Positions 13,521-26,300 of a stretch of 41,703 nucleotides of DNA are shown here, in pieces. A program made the translations under genes and the position numbers. Position 1 is the first letter of the stretch. Each line of letters starts with the position of its first letter. The notes below the pieces were generated by a model. That model was not told the DNA's origin and searched no databases. It saw only the letters and a list, made by a program, of their open reading frames with translations. The stretch comes from Catajapyx aquilonaris (taxonomy: Eukaryota): NCBI GenBank assembly GCA_000934665.2, contig KZ538205.1, positions 62,001-103,703 of the forward strand, in the 5' to 3' direction.

Positions 13521-14999
13521 ACTTCGCGACAGAGCAAAGAAATCCGCAGCTTTTCTTGATTGTGGGCGTTCTCTAATACTGTATTTGATGCGGCGGAAAA
13601 ATGAGACTACTTAGAGGAAATTAGTCAGGAAAGGGGGGGGGGAGTGGTTGATGACCATTATAAGTTAAAGGCAACTTTAATATTGCCACATCTACATTAA
13701 CTAGCGGTATAGATGTTAATTTCTTGTACAACTTTATACACTGTCAAAATACATTGTAATAAGTTATGTAATTTTCCTCTGCTAAAAATGCATTTACGGT
13801 ATTAGGAAATGTACTAATCAAAACAATAGAATAGGGATTGTCGAGTGTCTATTGGGGAGATATCATTTCACGTCTCATTTATATGGAGTTGTCGGTATTG
13901 CACTTGCAACATAGGTTGCATAGCTGCTGGAATATTTTGCATATAAATGCAACTGATCTTATCTGAGAAGCGGCGTAAGTAAGCGAGACGTCTATTCAGG
14001 CCTTCTTATTGAGATTCCATACACACACTTTAAATTATTCAAATATATTTACGTCTCATGAGAAGGATCAGCATCTGAAAGGGTGGAAAGGAGGTTATAT
14101 AGGTAGCCCTCTGAAGTACTACACTGAAGTACTCTGACGGAAATCGCGGCTGTTCAAGGACGTTTATTTTACATTTAGCAGCTTTGTGCGCATTTTGCAT
14201 GATGATATCAAATGCGTGCATGCTTGTTTACAAAATTCCAGAAATGCGTCGAACAGTAATTTTATTCCCGCCTGATGTTTCTTTCCCGAGTATTCTCTCC
14301 GCCTTTAATTACTACTATATGGCATGTTGTGGCGGTAAATATTTGCATGTTTACAAATTGTACTGGCGCATGGTTCAACTGCGGATTGTCTGTTAATACC
14401 AGGATTATTGGTGTTACCATAAATAATTAATTTGGCACTTTCTGCGGAATTATAGTACCAGTTGATGTTGCGGGCCAGGCGATACAAAAAAATGTGCACT
14501 TCATTTGCCAGTTGCAGGAATTTTTCCATGTGGCAACAATAGTAGGATGGATTCTTTCATCACAGATATCCAAGTTAAAAATTAATCAGATCAATATTGA
14601 AATCTGAATGTCTAACAAGCCTTCCCTAGTTTGCACCGAACTGAGGTATACTGTTTAACCTCGTGGCGCTACGCAACCGATCCAGAAGCGCTAATTGAAA
14701 TTGAATTTGAGGTGAATTATGTTCACTCCCGCTAACTAGAGATTCTCATTAAATTAAGGCCACATTTAGCTGCTCACGTGCTAAATCTTAGCTATAAGCT
14801 TATTGCTAACTAATTGTGTGGCGTGGCGATTGACACGGAACAAATCACGAAAGTGAATGATCCGAGCTCGGACCATTTAGTGGTGTTATCTTACAGCAAG
14901 TGCCCTTCGACGTTTACGACCGTGGCATTGCATGCTAGACAATTTAACCCCCTGCTGGCACGCACCCATTTGTGTAGTTCAGTTATTGACCTGGTCACG

Positions 15000-15290
15000 A
15001 GCCACAGTGTGAAGACGGCAATCCCAGATGCGTTGTAACTAGACCTTCATTGTAGTCCCGAGTCCTTTGTCGGAATTCCTCTCGTGACTTAATTCAGAGG
15101 CTTGACTAACCCATTGAACTTCCAGGGGACCTTTCTCATGGAGTTTCTCGGGGAATGTGCCGTCAAGGGTTCAATAGCGAGGCCTCTCTCGGCACTCCAC
15201 ATGGATTCATGTAAACACCCCCTATTGTATGAGCACGACCCCCTTTGAGTGTCTGCCCTTCCAGCTTGTGCCAATGCAATAAGTCGAGTT
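15000..15290 (-). mobile_element. Possible decayed LINE RT fragment
   Basis: MWSAERGLAIEP resembles W...GL.+NP after the YADD region, followed by a weak KGLG...W..H-like motif. Confidence 0.3.
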
Positions 15291-16799
15291 CCGCCTTGCT
15301 AATAAGTTACAAAGGGCTGTTACTGTACCTGCAGGGTCAGGCCCAGATGGCCCATTATTAAATCTATAGGATGCCATTTGTAGTCACAGAAACGTTTATT
15401 GGTGTTCATGGGGAAATATATGTACCATCCGCATCTTCAAGAAAAAGTGTCGGTTTTTCGTCCAGTGGAAATTCCAGTTGCATTCATTATTCTGATGATC
15501 CCGACGATTTCCTAAATTTATTTAAAAAAATACACGTCTCTTGGCACGTTTAGTGGCTTAATAATTTGCTTAAGGGTAACCTGCAATTTCTGTATGTTTA
15601 TAGCAATTATGCAAATGATGCGGGTATATATCATAATTTTAAAAATAGAGTTGCCGTCTCTGTGAACCTTTCTCTTGTACTCCTGATTGGATCCGATTGC
15701 AATTTGTGATAGAAGAGTGCCTTTTTCCGGGCAAAAAAAACTGACCAGAAACCTTACAAAGGAGACCAATTGGAGACTTGTTACAGCCAATTGGTCAGCT
15801 AAAGATTCTCTTCATGACAGGAATCGAAATGATGCTGAAGGAACAAGGTTCTTCTATGCTACAGCGTTGCGTGAAAATCATCACATCGACAGTGTTTACC
15901 ATTCATGTACTATAATATGCTGTCCTCTGGCATTTTAGCACATTATTTATATAATATTATGCCGTTAATTAGAGCAGCATAACCAATGCCCTTGATCCAA
16001 TAACACGCTACGTCAACCGGTTATAATATTGTCCATATGTTTTGGCAACCAGCGTTATATATTTTGTACATCAACATGAAAAGGGCACGTACTGTACACA
16101 GAAAATCAATTGATACACGAGCACCTAACTCTATTTTTAAAACTTCGTTGCTTATACTAACCCGCAGAGAACAACGATTAATGAATTCGATTTTTTTGAC
16201 TTATTGATCAGGCTCGAATGCACTTCACTTAATTACTGTTCCTTCCAGCTCCCTCGTCACCTTGGGCTTCTGTTTCCAATTACGAAATAACTAACCCGTT
16301 CACTCTTGCGTGCTCAGAAAGCTGGCGATTTTCTCTCCCTATGTTGACACAACTGACGTAAATATTCAGACATTATATTTTGAGAAGTACACATAGTACG
16401 TAACCATTGTAACACGTGTCCGTAGTGCAAAAGTCTCGTAAGTTTTGCCAGGGATGCTAAATTTCACACTGGCATAAAAATTATTTTAGTGCCTGCAGCC
16501 ACACGTGGGCCGTAAAGGAATAATATAATTCATTAGTACAGCGATGTGAAAATCACTTCAAAGAAATTGCTCCAAGCTAACTTCAAAGCTGCTTGGAGTT
16601 TTTACGATTCTGAGAAAGGAAGTACACGTCATGTAGAGTGGATTAGTGCGGATTACTTCATAGCATCGTTGCATAAACCCAGACAGATACATACTTTGGA
16701 TCCGCGTTTAGTTATATTGGCACTCTTTTCACACGTGCCTGCCATAAGAAGAAAATCAAATAAAGAGTAGTTGTAGGAGGGTGACGACACCATTTCAGG

Positions 16800-17150
16800 A
16801 ATAACTCACATGTTGCAAAGGCGTATTCCCTTCCGAGTAGAGCCGGTGCGAATGTAAACATCTCGTAAATACCGAGTCTGAAGGGCACTTGCCGCTTGGT
16901 TACTTGCAGGCATCGCATAGGAATTGTCTAAAACCTAGGACTTTACTGGTCATCAAGTGTCCGACAAGTTGTCGCTTCCTTGGGTTTCCAATATTGCTAC
17001 TGTCTAGTCCTTTCAGGGACAAAAGAGGGAGATAATGACCGAAAATGGTCGGATTCAGACCCTTTCTTCGTGTCTTTTCAAAGGATGATGCCGGACTCTT
17101 TCACGCTGAGCCAGCGCAGGGTGGCAACACAATACTATCGCTACCAACCT
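16800..17150 (-). mobile_element. Possible decayed LINE RT fragment
   Basis: KKGSESDHFRSLS (K.G...YRPIS-like), VLGFR (Q.GFR-like) and AFATC (AFD-like) occur in order; highly degenerate. Confidence 0.3.
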
Positions 17151-18043
17151 GGCACTAACCCGAATGGGTGTGTGTACCCTATAGTTACGTTTATTTACAC
17201 GGGAGTAAAAAATGTACTGCCTCTGTCCACACTATCAATTTTTCCCTTTCCGAACCAACGTGATGTTGTAATTAATTGAATAGAGTGCCTTCGGGAGTAG
17301 TGTTCCATATACATATCCCTTTGTGCATCAAAAAGGACACGTTTTACTCTCTCCTGTAATAGACACATACATGGAATATCACTGTGAGGGTATAATTTTA
17401 TTTGTAACGTCTCTCTCCCCGGCAGGCATGGAAAAAAATATGTTTCAAATTATGCATCAGCATATTTTTTGCTGCTCTCCTACGCAGTATGCATTTGCAT
17501 GCCTTCCGCAATATTTCGATTTAGACTTTCAGCATAGTGCACACACCCACTCTCTCCCTTACAATATATTATTAGATATCATTTCTCTGTATTACAACAG
17601 GATTATTTATAATAACAACCCGATTCAATACTTATGCAACAATTTGTAGCAGATTTTAAAGCAGTAAAATTTAAAACGCATATAATAAGCTGCCCGAAAA
17701 CATGCGGTCATACCGGTTTGGTACGTTTATTGCGATGAACCCAAAAATTGCGACGATCGCAACTGCGCCTTATGTTTCTAAGCATGGCAAACAGGTTTGA
17801 CATATCAAAAAAGTACGCAATAGGCACATGACTAATCTTTAAAATCACTTTTCACTGGTGAAAAATAAACATCACCTGCAACATATGCCAGTGTCTTATG
17901 CACTACCACGTGATATTTTGGGCAACAAACCAACTTTTGAAAGTCACGGTTCAATCTTGTCCACTCCCATAGTGTGGCGCGTAATACAAACCTGGCATCC
18001 CAAAAAAATCAAAAACAAACACAACCAGGTATAAAATACTCAC

Positions 18044-18067
18044 TAAGATCCTGAGATGAGCAGCCAT
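18044..18067 (-). CDS. Coding part of exon 1 (MAAHLRIL) of the same GPCR-like gene; intron 1 = 2417-18043
   Basis: cacgATGG start context, 8 codons, then a consensus phase-0 donor TTA|gtgagt. Joined to exon 2 it gives MAAHLRILVPVLLLWATGSRS-SD, a typical cleavable signal peptide. Confidence 0.65.
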
Positions 18068-18094
18068 CGTGTGTTAGGACCTGTTGTGTGTGTC

Positions 18095-18226
18095 ACTGAA
18101 TAGTGTGAGGGTGAGGACCCTAGTCGAGTAGCAGGCACCCACTGAGAGAAGTCTGGCTGGCAGAGGACTAGAGCATACTGGCATAGCCCTGCCTACACTC
18201 CCCTGCCCTGCCCTGCCCTGCCTGCC
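18095..18226 (-). promoter_or_regulatory. Probable core promoter/5' UTR of the GPCR-like gene
   Basis: Two arthropod initiator-like TCAGT motifs on the minus strand (18099-18095, 18145-18141) and a G-rich (GGGCA)n tract at about 18200-18226, just upstream of the ATG. Confidence 0.4.
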
Positions 18227-20555
18227 AACTGCTCTTTCCCAATCTCAGCTGCGCAGGGACAACCGAAAGAAATACCCGTGTGTATAACAAGAAGGGTTCA
18301 TCCCCCCCAGACACTCGATTTATTCAAATCGGGTTCCACAGAGGATTGTAAAAAAAGGGTGAGGATTTGCTCCCCCATGTCGGGCCTAAGAACTTGCGCG
18401 ATATTAGAAATTGTTCAACAGTGCAACAGGTGCTGATCGGTGCTCGGTGTGCGATCAAAGCACTTGCGCAGTTTGATAGGGTGTGGGTGATATTTAAATG
18501 GGTTAATATAATATTCCGAGGGAGTAGGTGGTGACGTGGGTTTGGTTTCTCATGCCCTGTATTATAACGGTTGCAGGGAAATGTCACTGCAGAGGGTATG
18601 TGAATAATGTATTACAGGTGCTATGTCTACCTTCCGCGGCGGGTATACAGAAAAATGCAAACTCTCAGTGGCTTAATATGAATGGGTATGTCTGGCTAGA
18701 GTTATGTCTACATTAATATTTCGTGTCCATGTGTACCTACGACGTCTCACAAAAGTACAGACGCCCACGTACAGAATGGTGCACGGCCAAGTCCCCAGAT
18801 AAAAAGAGAAGTTCACATAGGCACTCAAAGAGATGTCTGTTAGAAACGGAAATTGTGGCTGAATTTTACTTGTAATTTTCTAATTGCTTGCTTGGGTAAG
18901 CAAACCATAACTTATCCACCTACCTCATCTTGAAATGAGAACATGGGAGGTGCACCACCCACTGTAATAAAGCGTATGGAAGCAAATTGTTCTCTGTTGA
19001 TACAGCGTTGGGAAGAAGTCGTTATGAATTACATTTCACTGCGACCAGCTGTTAATGTTATTGAATAACTGCATTTATTAATATACCAGGGTGATGAAGC
19101 CTGTAAACATCACCGTAATGAGTTTAGTCAACAATGTTATTCAGGCTCGCTGGGACTGCACAGTATTCATCCATACTCCAGATACCAAGGGAAATTTACC
19201 TTTACCATTTCAACAGGCCGCATCACTCACACTGTATCATTATGAGCACCCAAATTGCTCTCTGATTTACGTTTAAATGTGCCCGACGAAAATCTGCTAT
19301 GTTTGATTGGTACTCTGATGTACTGTACTATAGCGTACCATCATAAGTGGTCACGATGATGATGGGCTGAAAGTGATCTACCGAATGTATAGGAATTTCT
19401 CATTTTTGCTGCACCGTCCAGGGGAACACCTACACAGCTTATGCACGGCAGCAACGAACCGACAGACGCCGCCGCCGCCTGTGGAGTTCATTAATGGACG
19501 GGAGGCAAGTGAAAATTTGATGGGCTTGAAGGGGGTAGATGGATGGCGACCTTTCGGCAGTACCTCACATTTTGGCTTCATCAGCTCGGCACCATGAACA
19601 GTGAGGAATATGCATTAGGGCACCGTCCTCAACTTGTTGTTTCAGATGGCGCTACCGGAAACTTTGCTAACTGGATAATGAGAGCGGTAAGGAGGAACCT
19701 GACTTGGTTGGATGGGGGATGAGGTCACGATGACCTCTGGTTAAATACTACTGACTTTGCAAGTACAGAATTAGATGCGTATGCAACAGGCTCCCCAGGC
19801 GAGATCCCAAGATCCTTCAACCAACAGCTGTATAATTACGAGAGAGGAGCATTAAATTATCTCAACCACACGTAACGTAATTGGTGCAGTAGGGTACAGT
19901 GAGGCATTAATCATAATGACAGGTGTAGCACGAGAGAGTGTGCACTGACTGTTAAATTGCAAGCCTGCCTTAGGGAGCAAAGTGCCACGGCATATATTAT
20001 TATCGGTGCGAAATGGAATAATTGATAAATGTATGCCACTTTTCCTCTTCTATAGTTTGTCATAGTGACCTAATGGAAGCAGCTAAACTGAGAATGATAA
20101 AATGTGCCAGGAGGGCATCGTGGCTCTCAATAACGGGCACTGGTTCCTTCGGTTAGGAATTTGGGGGTTTTCCCCATCCCGTGATGTATTCAGTGGCAGC
20201 GTCTCATTTGTTCAAAATCCTATTCCCTCCCATACTTTATTTTTGTTTTTATGACCCACCTCGAAGTTAAGTTCAGTTACAGCGAACTTGGCAAAAATAG
20301 TGAAAATATATTTTCGCATATCCGCTACTTCTGCCACACTAACTTTAGCTCTACAGCTCTATATAACCATGCTTCTACCGCATTGCCTTATTGTTACATC
20401 TGGTGGAATAACCCCGGATTGCTATTTCAAATATCACGAATTATATCATGTTCTTCAGGCTTAGAATAGTACTGACGTCACAATGTGCAACAATATTATT
20501 GGTGTTAACATATTTTTATACTCGATTTTATGTTTCACACGTGTACATCTTTCTG

Positions 20556-21207
20556 ACAAGGGAACTTTTCAAGGTGATAATAACGGAACCGAATGATACT
20601 GAACATGCTAATAAAGGACTACATTATGATGATAACCGAAAATTAAGTCATTTTGTGTTGAGCCGCATATTTGCAAAAGTTAGACTATGTCGTGTAAAAG
20701 GGCCAAAAATAATAGTCTACATTTCCATTTACAATTATATTTAGTTAGTTACCACATACAATGGCATTGAATCATGTCATTTAATTGTATCAAATGCACA
20801 TGATTAAACTGTCATGTATTTATTTAGCCTATACACATGTTCAGCTCCCTTTTAATGAAGGGTTCATATGATATGAGCTTCATTTGTTGTGCACATTGCA
20901 ATATTCGTTTCTGCGTAAACCATTCATTAAAAAGTGAAGTGTATACATGTGTAAATAAATTACATGGCAGTTTAATCATGTGCATTTCGGTACAATAAAA
21001 CTGATGACGCGCGGGCTTCAATGTAATTGTATGTGGTCGCTAACTAAATCACACTGTACTATTTGGAAATGTACTCTTTTTGAGCACTTGACGTAAATTT
21101 TGCAAATATGCTGCTCAGCACAAAATAACTTCATATTCGGTTATCATATTAGCATGTTCAGATTCATCCTGATCAGTAGTTATTATCACCTCAGAAAGTT
21201 CCCTTGT
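20556..21207. repeat. Long degenerate inverted repeat (foldback/palindromic element)
   Basis: Matching blocks in opposite orientation, e.g. ACAAGGGAACTTTTCAAGGTGATAATAAC vs GTTATTATCACCTCAGAAAGTTCCCTTGT, CTGAACATGCTAATA, GCATATTTGCAAAA, AAATGCACATGATTAAACTG and TTTTAATGAA.GGTT; arms converge on a centre near 20890. Confidence 0.9.
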
Positions 21208-21739
21208 GAAACCAATCCGATGTCATAAAACCATGCGATAGTCTGTGTGGTTAGTGCTTTCATATAGAGACTTGGGAAGTGCCCAGCACCTTCTCACAAT
21301 GGAAGTACAGAAAAGTTGTTATGTACACAGCGACTCCTAGGAGTGGTTTCACAGCTTTATTATATTGACCCAATCACTTGGTTAAAGCTTTAGGATCTGT
21401 TGCTTGCACGCTCGACTCTAGCAGAGAATCTGTTACGCATTTCTTGTGTATAACAGAATTATAAATTCAGTGAGATCTGAGCTCAGATTAAACATTCAGG
21501 TATCTGCATAATCTCACACAAGACGTACTGTACATCTCTATTCGACTAAGTCCTTTGCAACTCCAATAAACAGAGGCGCAGAAAGGATCAGACTAGATTT
21601 ATGTACACCTCCTATACAAAGGTTCGGAGGTCACCAACACTCGCTCAATTTTGTCGATGGTGTCACAACACAGTGGCCGATGTAGCTGCTCCTTTGAAAG
21701 AGGATAATGACACGCTACTTTCCCTGCACCAGCCAACCA

Positions 21740-22740
21740 AACAGCGATATAGACGACGGTATTGGGTTTTAATGAAACTTTTGAAAGATGGAAGGAAACT
21801 CCCTCCTGCGCTTGGAAAGCCCTGAATAGGAAATAATGGTGCAAAGCCGAGAGGATTTGGCGGGGAATAAAGAGTATAGCTGATGCTTTATGGGTAGAAA
21901 TCTTCTCCAGGCTGCCTGCTTTTCGAGATGACAGGCAAAGCAGCGCCGCGTGTAGGCTGCCCCATTCATCTTTTGCAAGAAACGCGCCTTGGACCGTCAT
22001 TTTCTGTTTAGTTGCCAAATTACCACCCGTAACCGTAGCCTGAATTACTCAAGTGAGAGTAACAAATGAGGTAAGCTCGTTCGGCTTGACTTGCTCCTCT
22101 TGTCTTGGGAACGCTCAATTCAAGCCCAGCACCTTTCCTGTCATGACAAGGAAAAGCTTTCAACTTTGTTCCAGGTTATTTCACATTTCAGGAAAGAAGG
22201 CGCTGGGGGGAAACCCAATTATTATCCTCGAGTTCATCTTTTTCTAAAGCTGCCTTTACAAAAGTACATAGAAGCATCGCGGAAAGAAAACTTGAGCGGT
22301 ACAGGTTTTTCTTTGCTTGACTTTAGGCTATTACAGTTCCAACTTGCAGCAGCTAGTCTGGGTGGGATTAAGCGTAATGGAAGGCCGTTAAAAGAACTGC
22401 CAAACATTACACTCTAATTTTGAGCAAGTAGAGTAAAAGTTCTCTGAAGATGCTAGAGTCAAATTTGGCCTTTGCGCTAGAGAAGCAATTTTTTGTGGTT
22501 ATGTAGGTCTCCGTAAAACTTTGCTAGGAGGCTGCTTACTAAATGGTTGGCTGTGTGAAGACTCGATATGAGGTGGTTGCATTTTGCAAGCGCAATCACT
22601 ATCATAATAAAATTACAACTTTAGAAGCGTTGCTTGAAATATTGCAAAGTAGCTTCCGGAAGAAAATAATAACAATTTTATTGTTCCGGCTCTATACCGA
22701 GTGTTGCTGAACTTTCTGCACCCAATATGGTGTGCTGGAG
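21740..22740 (+). mobile_element. Decayed LINE ORF2 (RT) relic
   Basis: AWKALN, NAQFKPSTFP (FN...G.FP), KEGAGGKPNYYPRVHL...QKYIE (K.G...NYRPI..K+.E), KFGL and LDMR..F...IIIKL occur in order across frames. Confidence 0.4.
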
Positions 22741-24059
22741 TTGAGTTTAAATGTGGCCCTAAAAGTTTTTAGTGCTATGGTTTTGTGGAAGTGTAACGCG
22801 GCACAATGCAACCCAAACTTTGCCCCCGAGCAAAGGCCTGCTTTACATGCACTATCCTGAGTTACATAATGCTTTTATGCATCATGCATGTGTGTGCAAT
22901 GGCTTCTGTGGTCCAAATCACAAAGTACGCTAATTCTGTTGAAGAGGAAGTCTCTGCAGGTGCAACTTTCATGTATCCAATTTTCTATAATGATGTTCTG
23001 AGACACTTTTCTGATGTGTAATTGAATAAGCGCATAGCACAGCTTGGGTCATATCCGACTGAATGTGAGTTTTCAAACATTTGTGATAAATCTTTATATT
23101 TACAATAGTTATGTACGGTATATACACGCCCCCATGGCCCATGCTGCCCAAGTTGTGTAGAATTGCTAGTCACTCCCGCATTTGCTTCAGGTATCCGACG
23201 ATGCCTACATTCTTACGCAAGACCAGAATACGCTACATCATGTAATTAAGGCTCGGAGTGCGGTGGCAATTAAGGTTAGTTGATTGCGTTACCATTGCGT
23301 GAATAGTGATTATCGTGTTCACGTTAGTCTAACTCTGCCTGAGGGATGTTAGGCCAGCATGGAGGGTATTTCCTTCTATTGCTAATGGTAACTTACGCTG
23401 CATTTAATTTCCGTTGATGAGTATCAGCCAAAAATGACTTAGGTAGTTAGATTGTTAATCTTACCTCAGACTATAGCCCAAATAAATCGCCATAACCAAA
23501 GAAAATGTACCAGTTACTGACCATTCTGTACATTTCGACGTGTATCTGCCTGAGTGAAAAAGAGCTAGCTCGTGCTGCAAGTGTTACCGCCTAAATCAAA
23601 ATTAAAAGGGTACAAACCGGTACAAACTCAGTAAAAGCGAAAGAAATAGTTCAGCGGAAATTTTGGGAGTCATCCAGCAGAAAAAACATGAAAAGGCCAT
23701 ACATAGCCTACTGCTGCTTTATGCACCGCATTTCCAATATTTTTGCACGTTGAATTACAAAACAAACGTATTTCATGCCCATACTCATCAGTATTTGTTT
23801 GCGCAACGGTAATTGGTTGGCTGAAATGAAAATATCCAGTTATTGCTTTTTACGTACGATGCAGCAATCAGCATTCTAATGAGAAAACCAATGCTTTAAA
23901 ATCCACTCAGACCATGGCCGCCACGAAATCAACAATACCGTAAAATTGTAAACGGTACAAGTTTTCCATAGTTTTACAACAAGCACATTAGATCCCATCA
24001 GTTATTAACCAAGCAAGGTTACGCTAGTCGTACGGATAGTGGCTTCATTTTCAGTGGTA

Positions 24060-24080
24060 CATCATCATCATCATCATCAT
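24060..24080. repeat. (CAT)7 microsatellite
   Basis: Directly visible. Confidence 0.9.
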
Positions 24081-24449
24081 TGTTATTATTAGTGGTGGTT
24101 TTTACTGTTGTTTTCAATTAAGGTTAGTGGTGGAAGTCTGTGAAGTGTATGTATAGGGTCCACATTTCCTATTAGAAAGATTCTTCTCTGAAGACGGAGA
24201 ACGTGTCGAAACGTGCCCCCCTTAAATCGTGCAAGAACCGTATAGATTCAGACCAATTTTTAGTTCCTGAGTAGGATTGGTTTGTGGGCCAAGGTGGCGT
24301 GGGATGGCCGCGGGATTTTGGCCACGGGGACATGTTTATTTCTCCGGGGCGACTTTTACGAGCGACCGACTGACGTCGGCCAGGCCGCTTCCATTTGCGA
24401 CATAGCCATTTCCAATCAGGCCTGGAATTAGCCCTCTTTTTATACACCC

Positions 24450-25100
24450 TTTTTTTCCCCAATCCCCGGTATATCTCCGCCAAGCTCTTTTCACTCCTGG
24501 AGGTCACTTTTTTTTCTCCATCACCTCAGTGTGACGCCTGGGAATCGGATAAAGGACCTGGTTTTTTTGCTCCTTGATTTCAACCTTTAGTTCAGAAGGA
24601 ATAAATACCTTTTGCTGGGGGTTATTGGCTATAGGAAACGAAATGCAATAATTGAACAGCCTGCACGATTCAGGATGTCGCAAAAGGTTCCTTGATGAGT
24701 TAGCTGCCCTACATTTTACTGAATAGCGACAATAGGAACAACAATTTAAGACGAACTTATCCGGTGCTGCACCGGAGCCTGACAAGGATTTTACCAATTC
24801 TGCAGTGACAAATTGAGTTTTTTTTCTCTTTTTTCTCCGACTGCCGAAGCACTTTGTATTATTTGGCTTCCAGGAACAATCCTAGGGGCACGTGGCAGCC
24901 TGGCTGAAAAGCAGTCCTCTTTCCACAAGCGCAGCCGTCCTTCTAAATTCTCATTAGGAAAACACAGCCGCGTTTAATAAGAACGACGGGGATTAAATTC
25001 GCGAACCCGCAAGTGTCAGCCAAAAATGTCAGGTTCTGGAGTCACGTAGTTCTCTGGAGGAAGAAAGGCGCCCTGCTCGCTTTATCAGTGTCAGCCATCG
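24450..25100 (-). mobile_element. Decayed LINE ORF1 (gag-like, I/Nimb-type) relic
   Basis: FVTAELVK..SGAAPDKFVLNCCSY (T..VK+.F.G..LP..+.L-like), a Cys/His-rich remnant, then KVF...ELKVEIKEQKNQVLYPIPRR resembling the post-zinc-knuckle E..I..IK.....SY.EARR motif. Confidence 0.35.
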
Positions 25101-25179
25101 CATCAGGTCAAATTGGGGGGCATCGGAAGGTGGTGACCTCCAGCAGGGTCCGGTTCGTTGTTCTTGGATCAAGCCAGGC

Positions 25180-26300
25180 TTTTATGTATAAACTGGCCAA
25201 TGCGGGAGGGTCGTCTGTAAGCCTGGAAGAGAAATCTGCTGTGTGCTGAGCTTTCTAAAGATTTTGGAGACGCTGAGAGGATTTGTACAAAATCACTATG
25301 ACTGCAAGGAGAGCTTTTGCGAAACATTTCCCGCATTAATGATCTGGTGATATAAGATCTGCATTGCCTTCATTAGGAGGTGTTTGTTGGACCCTTAATG
25401 AGAATACGGGGTCAGGTTTTCAGTACGGGCATGAGGCCTGTAGGTACAGTACTCGTATATGTACGCAATTCGCTGCGGTGATTCTTTTGGAGTTGTCAAA
25501 GGACCAGGCTTCAGATGCAAATGCAATATTGTTTGCTTTCAGTATATGTGCACACGGCAACATCATTGAGCATTCAGGTAAAATTAAAAGTTTATGCAAA
25601 TGACGCAGTTTCACTGGGAGCGAATATCCTCAAAAACAGTGCTACAATTTTTTGTAGACTTTCAGAACAGCTTGGGGAATATTAATATTTAAAAATTCCA
25701 ACATCGCAAGTTTCATATCCTGATTAGCGAAATTCCCCAAGCAACAGAATGTGATGCATTCACTCATCTAATATACTGTACAGTGTACTGGAATATTAGA
25801 ACGACCTCATCCTTCGGTATATGAGAAAGTCTGGGGGAAAGGCTATCCGGGGACACTTCATATAAGAAATTATTCCAGAAATGCTCGAGTCTAACTTTTC
25901 CTTTGATAAGCACATTGGTGAATGATGCATGCAAGCAAACGTCACTGCAACCGTATGTATAAGCATATAGCCGTATGTCATCTGCAACAAGTAATCTATA
26001 AATTTTTCATTTCCATTCCATTTCTAGGAACTAGAGCAGTATATGCCACCTACTGAATTTCTGAACCCATAATGTGGTGTGGGTAGTGAGGAAGACCAGT
26101 GCCCATAAACATGCAAATAGCAACAAGTTTTAAAAAATGGATGGAGGATCAATACACACTTTATTGATTATTTTATCGGGTCTGAACTGTTTGCAAGTGA
26201 TGTCTTTTCCACCTCGTGCTACACATATGGCCCAGATCGGCAGTCAAACCGAGGCTTCTGTGAAAAATGTTTGCTTGGTCACATCCCCGGCAGTGCATCT
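25180..26300 (-). mobile_element. Decayed CR1-clade LINE ORF2 (RT plus C-terminus)
   Basis: LVADDIRLY (YADD motif at 25988-25977), DVGIF, IAFASEAWSFDNSKRITAANCVHIRVL (LEYAS.VWSP.....I..+E.VQ.RF+) and YHQIINAG...LLAVI occur in the correct order. Confidence 0.6.

Noticed and set aside
14659..14695. CCTCGTGGCGC resembles the 5' end of tRNA-Trp
   Set aside because: No B-box, T-arm or acceptor-stem complement follows.
16449..18001. CAGGGATGC and CTGGCATCCC as possible hAT ends
   Set aside because: TIR match is short, the right terminus is incomplete and there is no 8-bp TSD.
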